Virus record (IMG/VR): IMGVR_UViG_3300025769_010106
Location: 44,480-108,479 of that record
DNA length: 64,000 bases
DNA from: a virus
Direction: 5' to 3' (one strand)
Each line of letters starts with the position of its first letter. The stretch's first letter is position 1. Both the position numbers and the translations under genes were made by a program. Below are positions 19,809 to 28,125 of the stretch, piece after piece. The notes beneath the pieces are model-generated. The model was given only the letters and a program-made list of their open reading frames with translations. It did not search any database and was not told the DNA's origin.

Positions 19809-20571
19809 CTAGTGCTCCGTATATTTCTGGGTCCTGTAAACAGGCTTTGTTCATACAGTGTAAGTTTACGCCTTTGAGTTTAACAGCATTATACTTGTCA
19901 CCGTCTTGATAGCGTATGCGTAGTTCATCACCTTTAGCAGAATAGATAGTGTCCATTGTGCTTAAACTACCCAGTGGATGATTAAAGTAAGTACCACTAG
20001 CATAGCCATTCATAAGCTGATGTGCAATAGTTAGACTAAAGTCATTGCGATATTTGCCTGCTACAAATCCCCAAAACTTTGCGTAGTAACGCCAGTTGGT
20101 CTGTACGTTTTTCATCATTTCAAATATATTATGGGCTAGGTCGCACTTGCGAAAGTAAACGACCGTAGCCCATAACATTGGATGGCCGGCCCTGGTCATC
20201 CTTTGATCGTTACGGAAACTATTTGTGGAGGTAACATCCCATACACGATCATAACATAAAAACTCATTTGCACTACCAAAGTACTGTTTTAGATTATCAT
20301 TAAACGTAAGGTAGTCTACGTCTATTAAGAGTGTTTCATCATAAGGGCTTAAATCATATGCCAGTGTTCTATCACTGTTATACCATGGCACTGTAACAAC
20401 TTGACCATCATGCCAGCGGAACGCTCTAGTATTGCCTGGCTGTGCTTCACCTACATGTATGTGTGTTTCAATGTCTAAATGTTTTTCTACAAGTTTTGCC
20501 GCTAGGTTAGCAAAACCCGTATAGTCTATTGTTTCATGTGGTGTAGCAAGTAAGAGTGCGCCCTTACTCAT
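19786..20571 (-). CDS. putative GT8-like glycosyltransferase
   Basis: SPYDETLLIDVDY (DxD), WATVVYF, YRNDF, HCMNK. Confidence 0.65.
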   Translation of the reverse strand: MSKGALLLATPHETIDYTGFANLAAKLVEKHLDIETHIHVGEAQPGNTRAFRWHDGQVVTVPWYNSDRTLAYDLSPYDETLLIDVDYLTFNDNLKQYFGSANEFLCYDRVWDVTSTNSFRNDQRMTRAGHPMLWATVVYFRKCDLAHNIFEMMKNVQTNWRYYAKFWGFVAGKYRNDFSLTIAHQLMNGYASGTYFNHPLGSLSTMDTIYSAKGDELRIRYQDGDKYNAVKLKGVNLHCMNKACLQDPEIYGALDAYATQG

Positions 20572-20968
20572 TAATACGTTTCCTTAAATCACTTGTACTA
20601 AAACGATGCTCTCTTTTATTAAAATAAAATTCTATACCTCGTTTTGCACATATGGCTCTTCCAGTAAACTTTCCATCTCTATATTCTTCGCCAAGTATAC
20701 GAACATTAATATGATACATTGACAAAATATCTTCTAAATCCTGTTCAGTGCAGTAGGGAACAATTTCGTCTACGTATCTTACTCCCTTTAGTTGTGTATA
20801 ACGTTCAACCACAGTTTGAACTGGCTTGTTCTTTTCCGGTCTATCAATACTAGGATCAACCTGTAATCCGCATATTAGGTAATCGCATTGTTCTTTTGCT
20901 TCACGTAACATTTGCACATGGCCAGCATGTAAAAGATCAAACGCAGATGCTGTAAATCCTACTCTCAT
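20564..20968 (-). CDS. cytidylyltransferase (TagD/RfaE-like)
   Basis: FDLLHAGH (HxGH), YVDEIV, RFSTS. Confidence 0.92.
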   Translation of the reverse strand: MRVGFTASAFDLLHAGHVQMLREAKEQCDYLICGLQVDPSIDRPEKNKPVQTVVERYTQLKGVRYVDEIVPYCTEQDLEDILSMYHINVRILGEEYRDGKFTGRAICAKRGIEFYFNKREHRFSTSDLRKRINE

Positions 20969-21291
20969 AGTTGTTCTACACGTCTAACCTTTTTTAATTC
21001 AGCATGCTGATTGTGCCAATCGTTCATTACTTCGTACCAGCGTTGTCTACATTGTACTAACATGTCACAAGCATCTGTAATCTTTACTGGATTATCGTAG
21101 TCGTCTACGAGATATAGCAGTTCATCTGCTGGCCATGTTGCTAGTAGAGACATTAGTTCTACTGTAACTTTAAACTGTCCACCATCATATGTGATAGTGA
21201 GACGCTGTTCCTGTTGTTCTTTAAGAGCCAAGCGTTGACGATTGTGGTCAAGACGCTGGCGTGCGAATTGTTCGAATGTTTCTAAGGTCAT
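20965..21291 (-). CDS. hypothetical protein, first gene of the modification operon
   Basis: ATG at 21291 lies 7 nt after a -10 box; the track's 21327 TTG start falls inside the -35 box. Confidence 0.7.
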   Translation of the reverse strand: MTLETFEQFARQRLDHNRQRLALKEQQEQRLTITYDGGQFKVTVELMSLLATWPADELLYLVDDYDNPVKITDACDMLVQCRQRWYEVMNDWHNQHAELKKVRRVEQL

Positions 21292-21298
21292 GTAAGAT

Positions 21299-21327
21299 AG
21301 TATAACAGGGCTATATAGCCCTGTCAA
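21299..21327 (-). promoter_or_regulatory. sigma70-type promoter with 20-bp perfect palindrome over the spacer
   Basis: TTGACA-17-TATACT; ACAGGGCTATATAGCCCTGT at 21305-21324. Confidence 0.8.
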
Positions 21328-21333
21328 TTACTA

Positions 21334-22281
21334 TTAAGATTCTGTGTTAACTGTTGTTGCCCAGCTGGGTGTGCCCCAGCTTGCACTAATATATGTTGTA
21401 GCTGATGCTTGGTAACTGAATGTTGTTGTCTTGCTACCATTTACTTGGTCAAGTACGTTATAAATGTTCTTGTTGTATGATGTTTGGTCCGCTGCATCAT
21501 CCTTCCAAGTGCTGGTTAGTGTCATTACAGTTGAACTACCTGCTGCGGCATTCAGTGAAGCTTGTAGCTGAATATAGTTAGCTGTGTAGGGTGAGGTATC
21601 TGCAAGTTGTTTAAACATTGTTGATGTGCCTGTGGTCAAGTCCCAGAAACCTGCGTTTGTTAGATTAGTTGATGGACTACCACTACCACCACTTTTACCA
21701 CTAGTGGTATTGTAGATGTAATATGTTCCGCACTTAGAGTTTGCTAAATCAACCCACTCGTTGTACTTGGCGTCGGCAGTACCACCAGAAATGTTCCAAC
21801 TTACATAAACGCGGCCGCCTGCGTTGAAGAAGTAACGCATAGCATTTGCACTCGCAAATGTAAGTGTATTGGTTTGTGTAATTGTGTTTGTAAATGTTCC
21901 GCTTACTACTGCGGTATCTGTAACTGCTGTGGCATAACCAGGTGCTGGAGTGACTACAGCAATCTGTGCTGCATCAAGTGTACCAATGTCAGCTGATAGT
22001 GTTGCGAGTGCACTAATTGTATCACCGGTAGTTGGGTTAGTTACTGTATCAATAGTAATGCTACCGTCCTGACCGTACTGATCACTAAGTAGACGTATTT
22101 TGTTTAACAGGTCTGCCCACTCCGCGGCCGCAACGTTATCGCCTGCGGACCTTGAGCTTGGTGACACAGCAGTTTGACCAAGTCCTCTATTTCCCGTTCC
22201 GGTACTCCATAAATTGTTTACACTTGCTACAAAACCGTTGTAGTGTGAAGCTTCAATTGTACCCCCAGTTGTATATGCCAT
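21334..22281 (-). CDS. virion structural protein (short fibre-like)
   Basis: MAY start, Thr/Ser/Gly-rich, RYFFNAGG; follows the fibre genes. Confidence 0.65.
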   Translation of the reverse strand: MAYTTGGTIEASHYNGFVASVNNLWSTGTGNRGLGQTAVSPSSRSAGDNVAAAEWADLLNKIRLLSDQYGQDGSITIDTVTNPTTGDTISALATLSADIGTLDAAQIAVVTPAPGYATAVTDTAVVSGTFTNTITQTNTLTFASANAMRYFFNAGGRVYVSWNISGGTADAKYNEWVDLANSKCGTYYIYNTTSGKSGGSGSPSTNLTNAGFWDLTTGTSTMFKQLADTSPYTANYIQLQASLNAAAGSSTVMTLTSTWKDDAADQTSYNKNIYNVLDQVNGSKTTTFSYQASATTYISASWGTPSWATTVNTES

Positions 22282-22296
22282 GTTTTGTTCTTCCTA

Positions 22297-23763
22297 TTAG
22301 TTAATTGTTACGAAGGCTTCAACTGTACCTTCACCTTCAGTAGTTTTGGATTCGATAGCACGGCCAATTACGTTAAAGCTGGTTGCTTCGCCTGGTTGTG
22401 CTGCTCTTGCAAGACCGTTGCCTGCACTAACAAGTCTCTCACCTTTATTTACCATTCCTAGTACTTTAACTGGTACACGACCGGTTACAGCAACTGGTAG
22501 GCCATCTGCTAGTCCAGCGTTCATTAGGTAAGCTGGCTTATCAGAGATAACACCAAATACCTGATCGCTTGCTTCTTCATTTACACGAGTAATTTCTTCT
22601 GCACCACCTAGTGCAACAACTGTGCCTGGCGCGTACTGTGCGTCTGCTGCGAAGTTTTCTGCAACGTCAGCGTATTGTGCCACTGTTGCTGTACCGTTGA
22701 ATGTTGTTGCATAAATTGTAGCAAATTTAGCACCTGATGAACCAAAGTCACGTGTATTATTTCCATCTGGTAATATAACACCTGTAATAGTATTACCACC
22801 GTCTCTAGCAAGAAGTGGTGATGATGCGTCACTTGTAAGGTTATCAACATACTGCTTTGTAGCAACACCTAGTAGAGTAGTTGGATCGCCAGCAACTACT
22901 AGTCTTGATGTTGCACCATCAACTGTAAGTGCGGTTGTAGTAACACCACCATCATTTACTTTGAAAATAATATCGCCGTCGCTGGTTACGTTTGAAACTG
23001 TAACATCGCTACCGCTAACGCCAACTGTAAAGTCACTGTCAACACCAACTACGATACCTGTATCGTTGAGGATGCTGAGAACGCCGCTTGTGCTATCACT
23101 GGCATCAGCACGTAGATAGTTAGCTGAAGCTACGCCGCCTAGTGCGTCTGCGTCTGTTGCGGTGCCGTGTAACTTAGCGCCACTAACTGTTGAACTTAAT
23201 TGGATACCAGGGCTAATTGTAGCAAATCCTGAAAGCGCAGATTGTGGAGTAAATTGTGCGTCTTTACTTACTGTTCCTACTACTGAATTAGCAACATAAA
23301 GTTTAACTACGACATGGTCTGTAGCACCGCTATCTGTAACGGTTTCAACAATAGCACCTGAGGTACCTGATCCACTAGTAAATGCAGGACCAACTGTAGT
23401 AAATGAACTACCGTTGTAAACTTTCAACTGTCCGTTGGTTGTATCCCACCAAAGATCACCAGTTACACTACCAGATGGTGTGCTAGCACTAGCTGTACTT
23501 GAACTTACTGTCTTAAATGCTGTACCAGTGTAAACCTTAAGAAGACTAGTGCTAGTATCCCACCACATTTGTCCTGCAAGCGGACTTGATGGTGCACTTG
23601 AGTTAGCAAAATTTTCAAGTAACTTAACTGCATTTTCGTTCAAAAACTCGCCGTAACCAGCGTAGTTTTTACCAATCAGGGTAAGATCAGTGGTCGTGTC
23701 AATAGTACCATCTGAAATGGTTGTAAGCACTGCTCCTGATGTTTTATTAATTGTATAAGCCAT
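22297..23763 (-). CDS. tail fibre protein with C-terminal peptidase G2/IMC-type chaperone domain
   Basis: LLENFA, GQMWWD/GDLWWD repeats, ATKQYVD; C-terminal AQYADVAE..PAYLMN..GRVPVKV. Confidence 0.8.
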   Translation of the reverse strand: MAYTINKTSGAVLTTISDGTIDTTTDLTLIGKNYAGYGEFLNENAVKLLENFANSSAPSSPLAGQMWWDTSTSLLKVYTGTAFKTVSSSTASASTPSGSVTGDLWWDTTNGQLKVYNGSSFTTVGPAFTSGSGTSGAIVETVTDSGATDHVVVKLYVANSVVGTVSKDAQFTPQSALSGFATISPGIQLSSTVSGAKLHGTATDADALGGVASANYLRADASDSTSGVLSILNDTGIVVGVDSDFTVGVSGSDVTVSNVTSDGDIIFKVNDGGVTTTALTVDGATSRLVVAGDPTTLLGVATKQYVDNLTSDASSPLLARDGGNTITGVILPDGNNTRDFGSSGAKFATIYATTFNGTATVAQYADVAENFAADAQYAPGTVVALGGAEEITRVNEEASDQVFGVISDKPAYLMNAGLADGLPVAVTGRVPVKVLGMVNKGERLVSAGNGLARAAQPGEATSFNVIGRAIESKTTEGEGTVEAFVTIN

Positions 23764-23790
23764 TCTAAGTTCTCCACAACTTTATAAGAT

Positions 23791-23797
23791 TATTTAT
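23791..23797 (-). promoter_or_regulatory. gp55-type late promoter ATAAATA
   Basis: Intergenic, upstream of the GGAG SD of 23763. Confidence 0.65.
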
Positions 23798-23818
23798 CTT
23801 AAACATAAAGTAATCATA

Positions 23819-24475
23819 TTATATACTGCTCAAATTTGTCAGTGTTTGTATCCTTATCGTATAGTCAATTTGGATAAGTCTATTAAGAGATTTCTGTACT
23901 GGATGGAATACAACATGTGTAAGAAGTTTTCCTGTATTCACAGTACCTATCCAACTCTTTAGTCCAAGCTCGTCAAACGTATAAATTTCGTTAAAGTTGC
24001 TAGTATTGTCAAAAGATTGTTGTCCACTTGGTTCACCATAGTCTAATAAACAACTTACAACAATATCTGTGTAAATGTTACCACTAATATGATTAATAAC
24101 TAGTCTATTTCTACCAATATCTGTATTTAAACTTGAGTTATTGTCTACAACTTTATAATATGTTTGGTTATATAAAGCTGCATTGGCACCACTTGAGTTT
24201 GCTGGCAAATAGGTAATAACACCTGTTGGGTCAACACTTGTGCCGCCATTGCCAAATGCCATTTCGTGAATGAAACCTGTGGTCTTATTACTCAAACTAA
24301 GTGCTAATGCTTCACTCATATTTTCATAGTGAATAGCATTGCGCTTGTTTACATAATCCTCACCAGATTCAGGATCGAAAATGCGAATGTGTCCTTCCAT
24401 ATGGACACCGCCCTTTTCCTTGAAGGGTGTTTGGGGCTCTTCTATTTTATTATCCATATCTTTCTCTTCACTCAT
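23819..24475 (-). CDS. virion structural protein (baseplate/fibre attachment)
   Basis: 218 aa between fibre genes; FDELGL, HVVFHPVQKS, IDYTIRI beta-rich pattern. Confidence 0.6.
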   Translation of the reverse strand: MSEEKDMDNKIEEPQTPFKEKGGVHMEGHIRIFDPESGEDYVNKRNAIHYENMSEALALSLSNKTTGFIHEMAFGNGGTSVDPTGVITYLPANSSGANAALYNQTYYKVVDNNSSLNTDIGRNRLVINHISGNIYTDIVVSCLLDYGEPSGQQSFDNTSNFNEIYTFDELGLKSWIGTVNTGKLLTHVVFHPVQKSLNRLIQIDYTIRIQTLTNLSSI

Positions 24476-24481
24476 AGTATA

Positions 24482-27400
24482 TTATACCTTTAGTACACAT
24501 TCAACAAGTTTTTCACCTGTGTCGTCATTTGTTTCAAGAGCAATACCAACACGCTCACCTTCTGCTGTCGCACTAGCAACACCGTCGTGATCCGCATAAA
24601 CCGCTTGACCCTTTACCACTGAACCTACTACTCTCACAGGAACACGACCTACCAGTGCGACAGCAACGCCGTTTTCTAAATCGCTATTCATTAGATAGGC
24701 TGGCGCAGTACTTATTACACCTACAGGTATGCTGTCTTGTCTACAATATGTTACTTCTGCACCACCACCCACTGTCATTACTGTACCAAATGGATATTCT
24801 GCATCTGGTAGATAACGTTCTGCCAAGTCAGCGTATTGTGCGCTTGATGCTACACCATCGAATGATGTTGCTGTTACTGTGCCAGTATTATCAATGCTCA
24901 TACGTACTGTGCCGCTAGCGTGTGTTGCACTGCCAGTAGCAAACTCATATCCTGTTACTGTGTCAAAACGGAACTCTTCAGATGTACTTGCGCCCTGACC
25001 CATAACTGTGAGGCCAGTACCATTACTTGCGATGAAATCTATCAGTGCCTTTTCTGTAGCAGTAGTTCCGCTTGCTTGAACGCCTATTGCAATCTTAGAA
25101 GCACTGTCTGGATTGACTTGTAATTTTCTACTTGGGTTGGCACTAGTAAGTGAACCGGATCCAACCATAACATTACCTGTGCCTTTGGTGCTCAAACCAA
25201 GACTTATATTTGTGTCACTACCTTCAACGCCAAACTGGACAACAGGATTAGCTGCGGTAACTGCGCCTCTAACAGCACCGTAGTTTACGGAGCTTGCCAG
25301 ACCATAAACCCTAAACGTCTCACCAGCCCCTGCTGCGCCGCCTAAATACACGTCACCGCCCACAACTCGAAGGGAATTGATGCCGTTTGAGGTGCCGATA
25401 ACCTCGCCAGACCCCTTGCTCTTTATCTGCGTGTTTACATTCGTGTCCGTGTCGCTTTCCGCCGACAACACCACGGCATTGCCTGTCTGCCCGCCGGTGG
25501 CCCGCAGCCAGTTCGCCGTAGTCCCGCCAATCGTATAGGCGTCAAATTGCTTCTGGCCGTTTGCAATTAGTTCGACATAAGTACCACCGCCACCATTACT
25601 TACAAGACTTAAATTACCGCTAGTGTCTGCTGTGGCGTAACCACGAACAGTTCCGCTATCAACCCACCTAAGTTGATTTGTTGAAGCAATACGAATATTA
25701 CCACCGACAACGTCTAATATATCTCCGGGATTTGTCGTCCCAATACCGACGTTGCCGCTGCTGGTGACTGCAAGATCGGGTGCACCAGACGCGGCTGCTC
25801 CACCCCACAGCCCTGCAACATAGTTTGTTCCGTCGCTATACCCACCGACAGCACCGAAATAAGACGCGCCGCTGTTAGACCTAAAGTCCATAGCAACGCC
25901 GCTACCAGCAACGCTAGGGTTCTGATTACCTGCGTCCAACAGGGCAATATTGTTGATTGTTCCGTTGGAGGTGTTTTCGTAAACATGCAGGTTTGTAGCG
26001 ACGCTGCTTGTCCCAATACCGACATTGCTGTTTAGTTCAATAGCACCACTGCCTGCTGTATCAAGTGTTAAATTCTGGTTTGTGTTTACTGTGCTTATTG
26101 CACTACCACGAATGTGTAAACTTGGACTATCTGTATCACCTATCTCTAGTGCTTCTGCTTGTAGTGTTGCAAGATTAAAGAAAGCATCACTAGTATCAAT
26201 ATTATTTGTTACTGGTTCAACATTATATGTTCTAAATAATTTGAACTTACCATCAGTTGCATCACGAATAAGACCTGCATGCTGCAAGTTTACGCCGTCG
26301 TAATAGTGTCCAATAAATCCAATATCTAGTAAATCACTAGAGTCATTGTTACGAGCAAGTTTGATCAAGCTATCTTCAACATCTAGATCTGTTGTATTAA
26401 CAGTAGTTGTTGTACCATTAACTGTTAGGTTTCCGCTTACAACTAAGTGATTCCCTACAGTTAAATCGTTAGTAACAATAGCTTGACTTGAAGTAAGTGT
26501 ATCAGTAACTGTTAGATCATTACTAATAGTTACATCATTTGGTAGTCCAATAGTAATTTTGTTTGCGGTTACCGCAGTCTCAATTTCATTTGCAGTACCT
26601 TCAAAGTCAATGGTATCGCCTGTTTCAACTGTATCGTTTGATCCACTGTCTGCTTGTAGTGTAAAGATTGTTGTGCCAGCCGATAAGGCATTATCAACAT
26701 AGTTCTTAGTTGCTGCGTCTTGTGCACTAACAGGATCTGTAACACCTTGTACTCTGTTAGTACCCATTTGTACGGTTTGACTGCCTGCAATAGTTAAGCC
26801 ATTAAGTGTACCAACACTTGTAATGTTTGTCTGTGCAGCGGTAGTGAGTGTACCTGCAACGTTAGTTGCTGTAACAGTATCTACAAATGCAGTTGACCAT
26901 TCATTGCCACTTGCACCTAAAGTGTAGGTACTATCAGCATTGGGTTCTAAGTTACCATCTATTTTCACTGAACCTGTACCGCCAGGTGCTAGGATCAAGT
27001 CTGCGTTTGTGCTTGTATTTTCAATAGTGTTTGCAGCACTGTTAATTTTAATGTTTCCAAACTCTGGTGAACTGGCAAGTGCAATGTTTACATCATCTGC
27101 GTTTTGTGTAAGAACTATATTACTATCGCCGGTAATACTTCTAAATCTAAGTTCGACGCCGGCTTTTTCTTTGAATAGGCCTACGCTATTTGCTACTGCT
27201 TGGTTAGCAGCACGGTTTGCTTCACCGCCTGCTGCGCCTGGCGCTTCTGCTGGTTGCCAGCCACTACCTGTCCAGGTTAGAACATAGTTTAAAACTGGAC
27301 CTCCGTTATAATCCACATCACTAACATCAGCTAATGATGCGACGGCAATGCGGGCATCCGCTCTAGCATTTGTGTAGTATAGGTTTGTTCCGCCTTCTGG

Positions 27401-28090
27401 TAGTACATCAGTGTCAACCTGACCCGCGCCTGTACCGAAGTCAATTAGTGTATCGTCAATTCCGTCCACTTTTAGTACTACTGCACCTGATGTAACTGTA
27501 AAGTGATCTGAACTAAAACTTGCAACACCTTTATTACTATCGCTGGCATCTTCTGCGCTTATGGTTAATGTGTCTCCACTCTGTGCAGTATCAATACCTT
27601 CGCCGCCTGTTACAGTTAGTGTATCACCTAGATCAATAGCAGTGCTTCCACTGTCGCCTGTGACTGTGATTGTGCTGTTTGTAATACTTGAATTAGGAAT
27701 ACTTGCAAGGGCAATAACGCCAGTACCAGCAGTGTAAGTAACGCCAGTTGCTGATGTAGCACTAATATGTGCACGTACTTCACTAGCACTTGGACCTACA
27801 TATGTAATAACACCGGTTGTGCTATTATAACTTAGACTACCATCACCGCCACTATCAGTAACACTAATGCTAGCTCTTGCACGAGCATCAGTGTAAAAAA
27901 GATTTGTTCCTTCAGTTACATTTGTTGTAGTTAATGTAAGAGCGTTTGAAGAATTAGGACTTACGCCATTAATAGTCTTAACATACGTTGTTTCAACTGT
28001 GTTAAGTCGCGTGTTTAGATCGGTAAAGTTACCGTCCATTTCAGTAAATGTCAATGGTGTAGATTTACTACTTCTAAGAGTGATTGCCAT
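24482..28090 (-). CDS. long tail fibre protein with C-terminal peptidase G2/IMC-type domain
   Basis: MDGNF start, EGTNLFYTDARA repeats, DAATKNYVD, NVGIGT repeats, C-terminal AQYADLAE..GRVPVRV. Confidence 0.85.
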   Translation of the reverse strand: MAITLRSSKSTPLTFTEMDGNFTDLNTRLNTVETTYVKTINGVSPNSSNALTLTTTNVTEGTNLFYTDARARASISVTDSGGDGSLSYNSTTGVITYVGPSASEVRAHISATSATGVTYTAGTGVIALASIPNSSITNSTITVTGDSGSTAIDLGDTLTVTGGEGIDTAQSGDTLTISAEDASDSNKGVASFSSDHFTVTSGAVVLKVDGIDDTLIDFGTGAGQVDTDVLPEGGTNLYYTNARADARIAVASLADVSDVDYNGGPVLNYVLTWTGSGWQPAEAPGAAGGEANRAANQAVANSVGLFKEKAGVELRFRSITGDSNIVLTQNADDVNIALASSPEFGNIKINSAANTIENTSTNADLILAPGGTGSVKIDGNLEPNADSTYTLGASGNEWSTAFVDTVTATNVAGTLTTAAQTNITSVGTLNGLTIAGSQTVQMGTNRVQGVTDPVSAQDAATKNYVDNALSAGTTIFTLQADSGSNDTVETGDTIDFEGTANEIETAVTANKITIGLPNDVTISNDLTVTDTLTSSQAIVTNDLTVGNHLVVSGNLTVNGTTTTVNTTDLDVEDSLIKLARNNDSSDLLDIGFIGHYYDGVNLQHAGLIRDATDGKFKLFRTYNVEPVTNNIDTSDAFFNLATLQAEALEIGDTDSPSLHIRGSAISTVNTNQNLTLDTAGSGAIELNSNVGIGTSSVATNLHVYENTSNGTINNIALLDAGNQNPSVAGSGVAMDFRSNSGASYFGAVGGYSDGTNYVAGLWGGAAASGAPDLAVTSSGNVGIGTTNPGDILDVVGGNIRIASTNQLRWVDSGTVRGYATADTSGNLSLVSNGGGGTYVELIANGQKQFDAYTIGGTTANWLRATGGQTGNAVVLSAESDTDTNVNTQIKSKGSGEVIGTSNGINSLRVVGGDVYLGGAAGAGETFRVYGLASSVNYGAVRGAVTAANPVVQFGVEGSDTNISLGLSTKGTGNVMVGSGSLTSANPSRKLQVNPDSASKIAIGVQASGTTATEKALIDFIASNGTGLTVMGQGASTSEEFRFDTVTGYEFATGSATHASGTVRMSIDNTGTVTATSFDGVASSAQYADLAERYLPDAEYPFGTVMTVGGGAEVTYCRQDSIPVGVISTAPAYLMNSDLENGVAVALVGRVPVRVVGSVVKGQAVYADHDGVASATAEGERVGIALETNDDTGEKLVECVLKV

Positions 28091-28110
28091 TTTTTACTAG
28101 TCCTCTGATA

Positions 28111-28118
28111 TATTTATA
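28111..28118 (-). promoter_or_regulatory. T4-type late promoter TATAAATA
   Basis: Exact T4 late consensus upstream of the GAGG SD of 28090. Confidence 0.75.
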
Positions 28119-28125
28119 CACTTTT

